Positions 39,068 through 52,900 of a DNA stretch of 64,000 nt are shown piece by piece; position 1 is the first letter of the stretch, and the number at the start of each line of letters is the position of its first letter. The position numbers and the translations under genes were made by a program. The stretch is from Eledone cirrhosa. Lineage: Eukaryota. The stretch is taken from NCBI GenBank assembly GCA_964016885.1, contig OZ024760.1:20274001-20338000 (forward strand). Direction: 5' to 3'. Below the pieces are notes generated by a model. It had not been told where the DNA came from. It saw only the letters and a program-made list of their open reading frames with translations, and searched no databases.

Positions 39068-39470
39068 CATGACACCTACACGACCTCTTTAGTTTGGACT
39101 GGGTGCTTTTTGTTGTGACACCTACACGACCTCTTTAGTTTGGACTGGGCGCTTTTTGTTGTGACACCTACACGACCTCTTTAGTTTGGACTGGGTGCTT
39201 TTTGTTGTGACACCTACACGACCACTTTAGTTTGGACTGAGTGCTTTTTGTTGTAACACCTACACGACCACTTTAGTTTGGACTGGGTGCTTTTTGTTGT
39301 GACACCTACACGACCACTTTAGTTTGGACTGAGTGCTTTTTGTTGTGACACCTACACGACCACTTTAGTTTGGACTGAGTGCTTTTTGTTGTAACACCTA
39401 CACGACCTCTTTAGTTTGGACTGGGTGCTTTTTGTTGTGACACCTACACGACCACTTTAGTGTGGACTGG
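39068..39470. repeat. 46-bp minisatellite derived from a SINE internal segment
   Basis: GACACCTACACGACCWCTTTAGTTTGGACTGRGTGCTTTTTGTTGT, about 9 copies inside a SINE copy. Confidence 0.92.
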
Positions 39471-39699
39471 ATGTTCTGTGGTACCAATATAACTTTACAG
39501 AGAAAGGGTGGTGTGGGGGGAAGTGGGAGGATGGAGTAGGGGTAGTGGGATGGGGGCATATATTTGGTTAAGAGGTGCCTACTGACTGAAGGTTGAACTC
39601 TGTACGTAAGGGGAGGCGGGTCTTCTGTATTACTGCGTAGCACCAAAGATCTCGATCCAGTGACATTGTCTTAGAGAGGTGTAAGTGTGTAAGGTCAGA

Positions 39700-40700
39700 T
39701 TTTATCATGTCGACCCAGGTTTTTCTGGGTCTACCTACTCCGTAACTTCCATCAATTTTGATCGCCCTGCACTTTTTTTAAACAACTGTCGGCTTTCATG
39801 CACATCACGTGACCATACCAACGTAGTTTTCTCTCAAGTAAACTGCATCTGATCCCTCTTATTCCTAATTTCTCAGTTTGTTTATGTTTTGCCATTCGTG
39901 TATATTACTATTACACATCCAACGGAACATGCATGCTTCGTTCCTTTCCAATCTGCGCAGGTCCTCTGCACACAATGCCCATGTCTCACTGCCATGTAAC
40001 ATTGCTGTTCGTATACAGGCATCATACAATCTGCCTTTCATTTTTAGAGAGAAACCTTTTGTGGCCAACAGCGGTATTAGCTCTCTGAACTTTTTCCATC
40101 CCGTTCTAACTCTGGCTACTGTACTTCCAGAGCACCCTCCTCCACTGCTGATTTTGTCACCTTGGTAACAGAAAGTGTCTACTATTTCTATAGAACTATC
40201 TGGGCAGTAGGAGCTAGTATCCAGTGGGCACTTGCTACTTACTGCACCTGAACATCGGCCACATTTAAAATCTACATTCTTAGATAGCTTGCCTGTGATC
40301 CCACATCTTTTATGTACCCATAGTTTACATTTGGGACATAGAATGGAATTTCTACCTATTCCTTTCCTACATACTGAGCATGGCCATTTCCCAGATGGCA
40401 CCTGTGCCCTATTTTCCTTTCTACATAGTAGAACTTAGTCTTAGACAAGTTAACTTTAAGGCCTTTTGATTCTAGGCCATGCTTCCATGTTTGGAATTTC
40501 TTCTCTAGTTCAGCCATAGATTCAGCTATGAGAGTTAGATCATCTGCATATAAAAGTTCCCATGGGCAGCCAGTGTTAAACTATTCTGTTATAACCTGAA
40601 GGGCAATAATAAACAGGAGGGGGCTAAGGACGGAGCCTTGGTGAACACCTACATTTATGCTAAATTCTTCACTATATTCATTAATTCTAACCTTGCTGAC
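39700..40700 (-). mobile_element. RTE-clade LINE fragment: reverse transcriptase C-terminal half plus Cys/His finger
   Basis: Minus strand reads VGVHQGSVLSPLLF, PWELLYADDL, GLKVNLSKTK, CSVCRKGIGRNSILC..C..WVHKRC, MLHGSETWA; frameshifted. Confidence 0.88.
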
Positions 40701-40936
40701 TGTTCCTTTCTACATCTTTTTTGTCGTGACACCCATACAACCACTTTACAGGGTGGGTTGCATGCTATTATATATATTATAGGTTTGGTTGTACAAACAG
40801 GAGAAACAAAACTAACACATGGTGTAGTATAGTACAGTGTTATATATAGTGGTGTATATAGTATAGTGTTATATATAGTGGTGTATATAGTGTTAAATAA
40901 TTAGAAATATGCTAAGGAAAGAGTTAAGATATTTAC

Positions 40937-41039
40937 TCAAAATGTCATCTCCTCCAACAGCATCATCAAGGGTCAGCAAATGTGTAAACTGATCGGCCTC
41001 CAAAACTAGATCAAGTTCCTCAATAACAGCAGGGTGGTC
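40937..41039 (-). CDS. CWC22: CWC22 exon (DHPAVIEELDLVLEADQFTHLLTLDD...)
   Basis: Hand translation; conserved LDLVxExDQFTH; phase 0 to 1. Confidence 0.92.
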
Positions 41040-41321
41040 CTACAATATATATCAAGAAATACATAGATAGAGGTAACAATGATTTTTGGATATTTAGCTG
41101 AATTCAAAACAATATATACAGAACTAGAACTGTTTCATCATCATCATCATCATCACCATCATAACCATCATACATCCGCTTTTCACTGCTTGCAAGGGTG
41201 GGTCGTTTCATTTATATGAAATCATCAGGAAGCCTTTTCTATATAAACTTCTGTCTTCACTCTCCATATGTGTTGAGTACTTTATTTACTGTGGTTACCC
41301 TGACTCAACTAGTGATCTACT

Positions 41322-41373
<52 letters not shown>

Positions 41374-41490
41374 CTTGTATGCACAGAATGGCATAGGAAG
41401 CCACAGGTTCCCATCTCTGCCCTAGAAGGGTCTGCCTCGATACAGTGACAGTTGAATGACTGAAATCAGTAAAATAATGACAAAACATAC

Positions 41491-41594
41491 CTTGAAACCA
41501 TCCTTGCGCACTGCAAACATTACTTCTATGATATATTGGGTACGCATGTCCAGTTTGCCTTCATGAAGAACATTCCTCAGTCGTTCAAAAATGG
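41491..41594 (-). CDS. CWC22: CWC22 exon ([12 protein letters not shown]...[13 protein letters not shown])
   Basis: Conserved; AG/GT; phase 1 to 0. Confidence 0.95.
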
Positions 41595-42399
41595 CTATGA
41601 GGAATAAAAAGAAAGACACCTCATCAAAAATATTTCAAATAAATAAATTTGCAAGCTAAATACAGAAAAAAATACATAATTCTAATAATAATATATATTA
41701 CATTTATATGGTAGGATTATATATATATTACATATATATATGGTGGGATTATATATATATGTATTACATATATATGTTGGGGTTATATATATTAGTGAAG
41801 GCACATGGCTTAGTGGTTAGAGCATTGGGCTTGCGATCGAAAGGTTGTGAGTTCAATTCTCGGACCGGGTGATATGTTGTTTCCTTGAGCAGGACACTTT
41901 ATTTCACATTGCCCCAGTTTACTCAGCTGTAGAAATGAGATGATAGGGACTGGGGTCCATATCATTCCACTGCAAAGTGGTCGTGGAGGTACCACAGCAA
42001 AAAAGCACCCAGACCACACTGTAAAGTGGTCATGTAGGTGCCACGGAAAAAAATCACTCAGCACTCACTGTAAATGTGGTTGGTGTTAGGAAGGGCATCC
42101 AGCTGTAGAAATCAAGCCAGAATCAGTTCCCATGTAAGCAAGACAAGGTCAGCTGACCGGACACTGCCCACAACGGGACAACCCGTCTAACCCATGCTAG
42201 TATGGAAGAACGGACATAAAACAGTGATGATGATATATATATTACATATATATCATATATATATGTATTAGGCTGCAAATTAGTCAAGTCATTAGATTTG
42301 TGGTATTTACTCCAACTTTCTATTGAGTTCAAATCCCACCGAGGTCAACTCTGCCTTTCATTCTTTTAAGATCAATAAAGTACCAGTCCTGTACAGTCA

Positions 42400-43097
42400 C
42401 TCAAGTGATACACCTAGATATGTGGCACCCACCCTCAAGTGATACATTTAAATATGTGAGTGACACCCTCCATCAAGTGAAACATTTAAATATGTGTGTG
42501 GCACACTCCCTCAAGTGGGACACTTAAATATGAGTGACACCCTCTCTCAAATGGGACACTTAAATATGTGAGTGACACCCTCCCTCAAGTGGGACACTTA
42601 AATATGTAAGTGACACCCTCCCTCAAATGGGACACTTAAATATGTGAGTGACACCTTCCCTCAAGTAGGACCTCCAACATAAATTTATCATCTTGTATCT
42701 TACCATCTACTTCATCAAGTGAAACATTGAAATATGTGAGTGACACCCTGTCTCAAGTGAAACATCTAAATATGTGGCACACTCCCTCAAATGGGACACT
42801 TAAATATGTGAGTGACACCCTCCCTCAAGTGGGACACTTAAATATGTGAGTGATACCCTCCCTCAAGTAGGACCTCCAACATAAATTTATCAACTTGTAT
42901 CTTACCATCTACTTCATCAAGTGAAACATTTAAATATGTGAGTGACACTCTCCCTCAAGTAGGACCTCAAACATAAATTTATCAACTTTTATCTTACCAT
43001 CTACTCAATCAAGTGAAACATTTAAATATGTGAGTGACACCCTCCCTCAAGTAGGACCTCCAACATAAATTTATCAACTTGTATCTTACCATCTACT
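42400..43097. repeat. Composite minisatellite including copies of a CWC22 exon end and donor
   Basis: AAATATGTGAGTGACACCCTCCCTCAAGT subunits plus ATCTTACCATCTACT at about 42697, 42899, 42991 and the real site at 43083. Confidence 0.9.
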
Positions 43098-43225
43098 CCC
43101 CTTGGGGAGACCTCTGTCAGTTTCTGGCCACATTCCTTCAGGAAACCAACTGCTACTTCCACAGAGTTATTTGTAGGGTTCTCTAGCAGCAAAGTCAGAA
43201 TCTCTAAAGCTATCACTTCATGGGC
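43090..43225 (-). CDS. CWC22: CWC22 exon ([33 protein letters not shown]...)
   Basis: Conserved; AG/GTAAG; phase 0 to 1. Confidence 0.95.
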
Positions 43226-43659
43226 CTGGCAAAGAAAGAAGAAATGAAAGGAAAACATTGTTAATATAATAATAATTGTTTCTACTTTTGGCACAAGGCC
43301 AGCAATTACCCAGTACATTACTGGTACTTTATTTTATCGACCCCGTAAGGATGAAAGGCAAAGTTAACCTCGGCGAGATTTGAACTCAGAATGGCAAGGG
43401 CTGTAACTCCATGCGTCAAAGCATGGCGTCCAACCCTCTACCGATACTCCCAATCCACCGCCCTTTTAATATAATAATAATAATGAAAATTATTGTGTAC
43501 AGTGCTCAGGTGCACTACAACTCATCAAAGGTCCATGTATAGTACATAGAATAATGTACAAATGTCAGGAAAGTGAACAGTGTATAAGTCATGATATATA
43601 CATAGACACTACACACCATTACATAAACACTATTATATATACACACCATTTATATAATG

Positions 43660-44040
43660 AAGTTATTGTGTACAATGCTCAGGTGCACTACAACTCATCA
43701 AAGGCGTATGTATAGTACATAGAATAATGTACAAGTGTCAGGAAAGTAAACAGTGTATAAGTCATGATATATACAAAGATACACACACATATGCATGTGT
43801 GTGTATGGAGAGCGTGTATCAGGTGTAGTGTTGGTGAATCTCAGGAAGCATGGAGGTTTTGAAGGATGCAGTGTCCTGACAGCTAACAACTGATGCAGGT
43901 AGTTTGTTCCATGCTTCAGCAACACTGAGCGTGAAAAAATGTATCTGAAAATCACGGGAACTGTACTGTTTTCTGATTTTGTGAGCATGTCCACTGGTGT
44001 TAAACACATGGAATTCAAAAAGGTGCTCAGAGTTGTTGTG
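43660..44040 (-). mobile_element. CR1/L2-like LINE 3' end; terminus duplicated at about 43485-43605
   Basis: HFFTLSVAEAWNKLPASVV..TASFK resembles the C-terminus of CR1/L2 ORF2; TAA-type tail. Confidence 0.6.
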
Positions 44041-44332
44041 GGAAAGATTGTATTTTCACGGTAAAGGCTTTACCTCACATAATTATCTCTCATAACATTT
44101 ACATTACTCTATATTTACTATTGTATTTTCACGGTAAAGGCTTTATTTCACATAATATCTCACACAATGTTGAATCTATGAGATTTTGATGTTATTTATT
44201 TTGAGAACAACACCATAACATCAGTATGAGTGGCCAGTTACAGCCAGTTTGAACAGAAAGGGGTGAGAGAGTTCTAGCCAGATACAACCAGTTTAAATGC
44301 TAAAGGGTTAACAATAAAAAATGGTAACTAAC

Positions 44333-44461
44333 CACTTGTTGGTTGACCAGATGAGCTATATATCGGCAGGATGAGATACAGACGGTTTTATCATTTCTCT
44401 TGAAAGCTCTCCGGAACTGGATAATTAGTCTGCGTAAGATTAGTTCACCATTTTGGGGAAA
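44333..44461 (-). CDS. CWC22: CWC22 exon ([12 protein letters not shown]...AHLVNQQV)
   Basis: Conserved MIF4G sequence; AG/GT; phase 0 to 0. Confidence 0.95.
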
Positions 44462-44494
44462 CTTGAAAGAGAAATAGTAATGAGTGTAATGGTT

Positions 44495-44785
44495 AATGAT
44501 GATGGTGATGCTGATAGTGGTGGTGACGATGAGGGTGGTGGTGGCGATGGTAGTGGTGGTGATAGTGGTAGTGATGATGGTGGTGGTGGTGATGGTGGTG
44601 GTGGTGGTGGTGGTGATGGTGGTGGTGGTGGTGATGGTGGTGGTGGTGGTGATGATGATGGTGGTGGTGGTGGTGGTGATGGTGGTGGTGGTGATGATGG
44701 TGGTGGTGATGATGGTGGTGGTGATGGTGGTGGTGGTGATGATGGTGGTGGTGGTGGTGGTGGTGGTGGTGGTGATGATGATGGT
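44495..44785. repeat. (GGT/GAT)n trinucleotide tract, intronic
   Basis: Direct reading; lies just upstream of the acceptor at 44462. Confidence 0.95.
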
Positions 44786-45478
44786 TACTGTTGATGTGTT
44801 GGTGGTGGTCATGTGTATCACGACAGTGGTAATAACGATGGTGATGAAGATGGTGATGGCAGTAATGATGATGGACAATGGTGAAATAATAATAATAATA
44901 ATAATAAAAATAAAATAAATGTTAACAGAAGGGAGCAAATACAGAGCTGTGACATTCGTGTGTAGGGTCCACTGTGAGAATGGTAGGAAGGGGTCAGGGA
45001 GAAAGGACCTACACCTCCTGGGTTATCCTTGAAACTTGACCCAAGTTACAAGACAGTGAACTCTGCTTATGTGGAATGTGGCCTAAACCTGACTGAGGTG
45101 TCTACAGGGTGGAGCAGTCAGAAAGAATGTAGCCAAAATCTAACTGAGGTGACCCCGAAAGGGTACATAATTATATAGTCACTTCCTTAAAGTTCTGTGC
45201 AGTGCAATCAAACACAGGATTCTATAAGGAACTTCTTAATCTGGAACCACAGGATTGTATAACTTCTTAACCCTGCATCACTGATTGTATAAGTTCTTAA
45301 CCCAGGACCACAGGATGGTATAAGGAACTTCTTAACCCAGGACCACAGGATGGTATAAGGAACTTCTTAATCACCTACAACCATTAAACATTTTTTTAAA
45401 TAATAAAAACAAAAGTTGAAGAATATATTTTTTAAATAATAAGAAAAAAGAAGAAATTGAAAAACTGCCTATAATTAC

Positions 45479-45572
45479 CTTAGTGTTAATAATGGCTACC
45501 AGTGCGGCATAGACGTGGGTGAAAGTTGGGGAAGCTACTTGAGCCTGGAGCAATGAACGAGCCAATAAACCC
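45479..45572 (-). CDS. CWC22: CWC22 exon ([31 protein letters not shown])
   Basis: Conserved MIF4G sequence; AG/GT; phase 2 to 0. Confidence 0.95.
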
Positions 45573-46329
45573 CTGTCAAATACAATAACATACAGTCAAG
45601 GAAATAACTAGATATATATACAATACAACAAACACTTTAAGACCCCTTTTTTCCTTCATCAACAAAGCAGGGGGTTAGCCATACAGGGCCCTGTGACAAA
45701 CTTCCAACCTAAACCTTTCATTACCATATTTCTAATGAATCACTGTGTGATTTTTGAATAATGTTTTAAATAATGCAGGGATTTAGTAAAATAACTTTTT
45801 CATTATTTATCTAACATTTGGAACAGAACATACAGGTTTTTACATAAAATTATGATGGAAAGTTTTTAGATAAATATAAATACCTTAAAAGAAACGGTTT
45901 TATCATAGAACCAGAGATGGTTTAAAACTGTTTGGTATCAAAAAACTTAACCAAAATAAAGAAGACAATTATATGACTAACACCATTACACAGTTATATA
46001 AGAACAACTTTCTTATTAAGCTGGTCTTTGGAACATAATTTATCAAAGGTTCTTATATAAAATTAGTATAGAAGGCTTTTAGATAAATATAAACACCCAA
46101 ACCCTTTAGCATTTACGTTACTCTATATTTACTATTGTATTTTCACAGTTATCGAATCTGAGATTTTGATATTTATTTTGAGAACAATACCTCAACATCA
46201 GTATGAGTGGCCAGTTAAAGCCGGTTTGAATAGGAAGAGGTGAAAGAATTCTGGCTGGATACAGCCAGTTTAAATGCTAAAGGATTAAAACAAACAGTTT
46301 TTTTTGTAAAACCTAAAACCAGGGATGGA

Positions 46330-46543
46330 TTAACCCTTTAGCATTCACATTACTTTATATATCCTATGGTATTTTCATGGTAAAGGCTATCTTACATAAT
46401 ATTGAATCTATGAGATTTTGATTTTATTTATTCTAAGGACAATACTTTAACATCAGTATGAGTGGCCAGTTACAGCAAGTTTGAACAGAAAGAGATGAGA
46501 GAATTCAGGCTGGATACGGCCGGTTTAAATGCTAAAGGGTTAA
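46330..46543. mobile_element. TTAA-flanked (piggyBac-type) MITE, about 210 bp; copies at 27863-28067, 46861-47065, about 46101-46288, 44095-44311, 20665-20838, 55866-56058 (inverted)
   Basis: TTAA-CCCTTTAGCATT ... AATGCTAAAGGG-TTAA termini. Confidence 0.8.
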
Positions 46544-46633
46544 GACTAATACATTTTCCAATGTCAGAGACTAAAGAGACCAGGTGAGACTGTAATGAAA
46601 CACCAATCAACAAACAAAATATATCAGACTTAC

Positions 46634-46762
46634 CTTCCTCGTACAATGTTTTCCTGGAACAGGTCTCGTACAATTCCAATAATGTTAGTCACATTCACTT
46701 TGTTGATGTGACCGTTAACGCTCTTCCGTAACGCTTCCCAAGACAGTCTTTGGTAGGCAACA
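46634..46762 (-). CDS. CWC22: CWC22 exon, MIF4G start ([23 protein letters not shown]...ENIVRGR)
   Basis: Conserved motif; AG/GT; phase 2 to 2. Confidence 0.95.
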
Positions 46763-47360
46763 CTGTAATAGAAAGGACAGCACATCAACACTTTTACTAC
46801 TGGATTTCTAATGAAATTCACTGTCTGGGTGTATATATGTGTATGTGTTTCAAGTCAGTCTTAACTCTTTAGCATTCACATTATTCTATATATACTATTA
46901 TATTTTCATGGTAAATGCTTTATCTCACATAATATCGAATCTACGAGATTTTGATTTTATTTATTTTGAGAACAATGCCTTAACATCAGTTTGAGCAACC
47001 AGTTACAGCCAGTTTCAACAGAAAGAAGTAAAGATTTCTGGCCGGTTTGAACATTAAAGGGTTAAGCCAGAAGGCTCATTTGGCCATTGCTTACTCCGGT
47101 TTCATGGCATGAAGCGACTGAGAGTACAAGACTTCCCCCTGGACAAGATGCCAGTCCATCGCAGGGTTAAACCCCTAGCTATTGCTGGTACCCATTTTCA
47201 GCTGAATATACTGGAGCAACGTGAAATGAAGTGTTTTGCTCAAGAACACAACACGGAAGCCAGGGATCGAACCTACAACATTATGATCGGAAGTCCAACA
47301 CCCTTACCACTAGGCCACGTGCCTCCACGTATGTGTATATGGGTATGTATATATGTATAT

Positions 47361-47447
<87 letters not shown>

Positions 47448-47615
47448 ATGCATGCGTAGGTATACATCATCATCACGTTATATTTTGGCATGATTTCTTT
47501 GGCTGGATGCCAACCACTTTACAGAGTGTACCGGGTGCGTTTGTCGTGTAAATCACCAACACTAGGGAGACTGTCCTGTCTTTGGCATAACTGAAGTGTT
47601 CTCATAACGTGTATG

Positions 47616-47653
<38 letters not shown>

Positions 47654-47799
47654 GGATGAGTATATGTATGAGTGTGTAGAATATGTACATGTATGTGTGA
47701 GTGTATGTAAGTGTAGAATTCATGAGTGTGTATGTGTAGAATATGTGTGTGTGAGTGTAGAATCCATGTGTGTGTATGTGTAAGTGTAGTAGATGAGTG

Positions 47800-49934
47800 T
47801 GTGAATGTAGAATGTGTGCGTGTGTGTATCTGTAGAATATGTATGTAGAGAGTGTGTGTGTGTATCTGTAGAATATGTATGTAGAGTGTGTGTGTAGAGA
47901 GTGTGTGTGTATCTGTAGAATATATATGTAGAGAGTGTGTGTGTGTGTATCTGTAGAATATATATGTAGAGAGTGTGTGTATGTATCTGTAGAATATGTA
48001 TGTAGAGAGTGTGTGTGTGTATCTGTAAAGAGTGTGTGTGTGTGTGTATCTGTAGAATATGTATGTAGAGAGTGTGTGTGTGTATCTGTAGAATATGTAT
48101 GTAGAGTGTGTGTGTAGAGAGTGTGTGTGTGTGTATCTGTAGAATATGCATAGAGTGTGTGTGTATCTGTAGAATATGTATGTAGAGAGTGTGTGTGTAT
48201 CTGTAGAATATGTATGTAGAGTGTGTGTGTAGAGAGTGTGTGTGTGTGTATCTGTAGAATATATATGTAGAGAGTGTGTGTGTGTGTATCTGTAGAATAT
48301 ATATGTAGAGAGTGTGTGTGTGTATCTGTAGAATATGTATGTAGAGTGTGTGTGTAGAGAGTGTGTGTGTGTGTATCTGTAGAATATATATGTAGAGAGT
48401 GTGTGTGTATCTATAGAATATGTATGTAGAGAGTGTGTGTGTGTATCTGTAGAATATGTATGTAGAGTGTGTGTGTAGAGAGTGTGTGTGTGTGTATCTG
48501 TAGAATATATATGTAGAGAGTGTGTGTGTGTGTATCTGTAGAATATGCATAGTGTGTGTGTGTGTATCTGTAGAATATGTATGTAGAGTGTGTGTGTAGA
48601 GAGTGTGTGTGTGTGTATCTGTAGAATATATATGTAGAGAGTGTGTGTGTGTGTATCTGTAGAATATGCATAGAGTGTGTGTGTGTATCTGTAGAATATA
48701 TATGTAGAGAGTGTGTGTGTGTGTGTATCTGTAGAATATGTATGTAGAGAGTGTGTGTGTGTCTGTAGAATATGTATGTAGAGAGTGTGTGTGTGTGTGT
48801 ATCTGTAGAATATGTATGTAGAGAGTGTGTGTGTGTCTGTAGAATATGTATGTAGAGAGTGTGTGTGTGTATCTGTAGAATATGTATGTAGAGAGTGTGT
48901 GTGTGTCTGTAGAATATGTATGTAGAGAGTGTGTGTGTGTGTGTATCTGTAGAATATGTATGTATAGAGTGTGTGTGTGTATCTGTAGAATATGTAGAGA
49001 GTGTGTGTGTATCTGTAGAATATGTATGTAGAGAGTGTGTGTGTGTGTGTATCTGTAGAATATGTATGTAGAGAGTGTGTGTGTGTATCTGTAGAATATG
49101 TATAGTGTGTGTGTGTATATGTAGAATATATATGTAGAGAGTGTGTGTGTGTATCTGTAGAATATGTAGAGAGTGTGTGTGTGTGTGTATCTGTAGAATA
49201 TGTATGTAGAGAGTGTGTGTGTATATGTAGAATATATATGTAGAGAGTGTGTGTGTGTATCTGTAGAATATGTAGAGAGTGTGTGTGTGTGTGTGTATCT
49301 GTAGAATATGTATGTAGAGAGTGTGTGTGTGTATCTGTAGAGAGTGTGTGTGTGTGTGTATCTGTAGAATATGTATGTAGAGAGTGTGTGTGTGTATCTG
49401 TAGAATATGTAGAGAGTGTGTGTGTGTGTGTATCTGTAGAATATGTATGTAGAGAGTGTGTGTGTGTATCTGTAGAGAGTGTGTGTGTGTATCTGTAGAA
49501 TATGTATGTATAGAGTGTGTGTGTGTCTGTAGAATATGTATGTAGAGAGTGTGTGTGTGTCTGTAGAATATGTATGTATAGAGTGTGTGTGTGTCTGTAG
49601 AATATGTATGTAGAGAATGTGTGTGTATCTGTAGAATATGTATGTAGAGAGTGTGTGTGTGTGTATCTGTAGAATATGCATAGAGTGTGTGTGTATCTGT
49701 AGAATATATATGTAGAGAGTGTGTGTGTGTGTATCTGTAGAATATGCATAGAGTGTGTGTGTGTGTATCTGTAGAATATGCATAGAGTGTGTGTGTATCT
49801 GTAGAATATGTATGTAGAGTGTGTGTGTAGAGAGTGTGTGTGTGTGTATCTGTAGAATATATATGTAGAGAGTGTGTGTGTATCTGTAGAATATGTAGAG
49901 AGTGTGTGTGTGTGTGTATCTGTAGAATATGTAT

Positions 49935-49940
<6 letters not shown>
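47800..49940. repeat. 2.1-kb compound minisatellite GTATCTGTAGAATATGTATGTAGAGA(GT)n
   Basis: Dozens of variable-length units ending in (AG)n about 20 bp from the giant-exon donor. Confidence 0.97.
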
Positions 49941-49975
<35 letters not shown>

Positions 49976-49990
49976 AAGTTGTTTAATTAC

Positions 49991-52900
49991 CTGCTCTTGT
50001 CAGTTATTTGTGTCTGCATCATTTTCAGCCGAGCTGGTGGTATGTAGGCCCCGCCAGTCCGCGTAGTGAGAATTCCGGCACCAGTGGGATCTTTGGATGG
50101 GTTGGTTGGTTGTTTAGAGCTGGCTGTGATACTGTCGGCACCAGCCGATGATTTCGGACCGGAGGTGTCCGAGACAGGTTTGTCAGAAGAATCGGTAAGT
50201 TTCTCATGTTGTGAAGAACTCGGTTGATTCTTCTGTGTGGAACTGGACGTCTTGTCATCGGTGTTTCTACGATGTTCCGGTGAGCTGTCGCCACTCTGGC
50301 GTCTATCAGGTGAACCAGTGAGTCTTTTGTTGCTGGCGGAAGTATCGGATTTTCGGGATTTATTTTCACGACCAGAGTTCTCCTTGTGGCGATCTTGTGA
50401 TGAAGAACGGTTACGATCCCTCCAGCCACTATGTCTCTGATCATAGGAATCTTGGCGCCGTTGCTTATCACCATCGCGCTCAGAATCTTTCCGACTCTCC
50501 CTGTCCCTGCGGTAATCCCTCGAATCGTCTCTGTACCTTTGCCTATCCCTGGAGGAATCTCTGTACTTGAACCTACCTCGGAAATTGAATCTGCCCCTTC
50601 GGTTGTCCCAACCATCATTCTGATATCTTCTATTATCTCGGAACCTCCAGTTTTCCCGAGGCTGGTCCCTATATCGATACCGGCCTCCATAGTCGTCACG
50701 ATCTTTTTGCCTTTCTCTAGAGTCGTCTCTGCTTCGTTTTGTGTCATAGAATTCCCTGTGTCTTTCCCTGGAGTCATCACGCTCACGGCGTCTTTCCCTG
50801 GAGTCATCACGATCGCGGTGTCTCTCCTTGGAATCATCGCGGTCATGATGTCTCTCTTTAGAATCATCTCGATTTCGACGTTGATCCTTAGAGCTGTCTC
50901 TGTTGTGACGGTCCTTTATACTGAGATCCTCTTTCTCCTGTTTGGGATCCCTGGAATCATCCCTTTTCTTTGGTGACTCACCAGATTCCTCTCTCTCCCT
51001 ACGACGACCTCTAGAAGAGTCATCTTTGCTAGACTGCTGCTGTCTTTTAGGGTCAGCTTTGCCACTACCCTGACACTCTCCCGAACCACTCCTGACACTA
51101 TGTCGCTCTTCTGATTCACTCCTATCATGGTGTGAACTCTCAGAGTCACTCCTCTTGGAGTTACTCCTCTCAAGATGTCGGTCTCCAGAATCACTTCTCA
51201 CGCTATGCCCACTCTCAGAATCACTCCTTTCCTGACGTTTATTAATTTGAGAGTCGGTTTTATCTTCTATACATTCTTTAGAACTATTCCTCCTCAGTTG
51301 ACCCTTCAGGTCATCTTTCGGTGGCCGAAGATCACCAGAACCACCCTTCTTCTTGTACTGTTCCTTCAGCTCCTTGTTGTCCTTATTACTGCCACCATCA
51401 TCAGAGGAAGACGACGAGGACGATGAAGAGGAGGTTGAGGAGGAGGAATCCCTGTCCCATCGACTGCTTTTCAAACCCTCGCTCAGTCGCCGTTGACGTT
51501 TCACAGTTCCCTTCTTTTCTTCACGACTGCTCGGAGAATCTTTTGACTCATTTTCCCTTTCTCTCTTGTCATCTCCCTCCGGACTCCTAGTTGGATCTAT
51601 AGTACGTTCACTAACTTTAAGGTGCTTCTCCTTGCTGCTCCCTTCATTGGTCAGATCCCTAGATTTATCACTCTCGGCCAGCATTTCTTTTCCTTGGTTG
51701 GTTTCTTTAGAAATTTCCTTCGGTGGATCACCGAGGTCTTTCTTCTCCTCTTCTAGAAATCGTTCACTGGGGCTTCCTGTTTTTCTTATCTGTTGCCTTT
51801 CTCGTTCTTCCTCAGATGTACATACATCACCTCTTCCTTTCCCCTGTATTCCTCTCGGGCTCTTCAAGCCCTCATGCCCGAGACCCTCAAACTGGGGCCT
51901 CTGTTTCGATGGAGTTGTCGTGTCATTCTTCACTGAGCTGGAGATCTTGGAAAGTTCACCATCGCCACCACCTCTTTCTTTCATTCGTTCGTCTACTTCA
52001 TTCTTTTTGCTTGTTTTCTCATCGCTCTTCCTAATTTCCCTCGGTTGATCCTCTGTATCACTGCAAACAGGATCTCCACTCTCTGGAAGATAGCAACTAA
52101 GTTTACCTTGAGGGTTTTTTTCCAAATCTTTCGGGGTTTCTATTTTCTCAAGTGGTTTACTCTGTTTTTCTTTGAAGGAAATTTTATCTTTTGCTTTTGT
52201 TAGCCCTTCTGGACTATCATTGTCTTTCTGACAAACACTTTCTCGTTCTTCCAAATTATCTCTCAACTCACTTTTTTCCCCCAGATGTGCACCTGCAACC
52301 ACAGATTCTGAGGTTTCACTCTTCAACCGTTCACTAACTGTAGGCCCAGTTTCTGCTCTGCTCAAAGCTACATCGTCTCTTCTGCTAGACTTTCCAGAAG
52401 ATTCTTTAAATACTTTTAAAACCTTATGCGATGTCTCCTGTGCCTCCGCTTTCCCCTTCCTTTTCAGCTTCTCAGCACTTCCCTCTTTGCTAGGCTCTGA
52501 TGAAACAAAAAGGTTTTCTCGATCCTTACTGCATCTCCTCTCCATCCGCTTTAGCGAGGGAAACAAACCTTCCTTTGTGTGCTGTTTGTCTTTATCGTTC
52601 ACGTCGCTGTCATCATCGCTTTCCTCGACAGAATCTTTAGCAGACGACCACCTCGTAGTCTTCTCTTTACTTGATTCACCCCCAACAGTTCGTGTTCCCT
52701 TGCTGTACTGAATTTCAGACACTTTCAAACCCCCATCGTTATCGTCAGAACTGTCAAAATCCCACTTGGAACGAACCCTACCTCTCTCTTCAGCAGAGTC
52801 ATTCTTCTGTTTTCGCCAATCATAACTCGACTCTGCTTTCTCCTGGTCGTCCCATCGATTTTTCACGGGATGGGAGATCTCTCTGCTGGATCCCTTCTTA

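Noticed and set aside
44453-44938. Gly-, Val- and Thr-rich ORFs
   Set aside because: Translations of a GGT/GAT microsatellite; only 44333-44461 is exonic.
47602-49783. 715-aa and 687-aa His/Thr/Tyr-rich ORFs
   Set aside because: Stop-free readings of an intronic (GT)n-containing minisatellite, open in several frames, with no coding signature.
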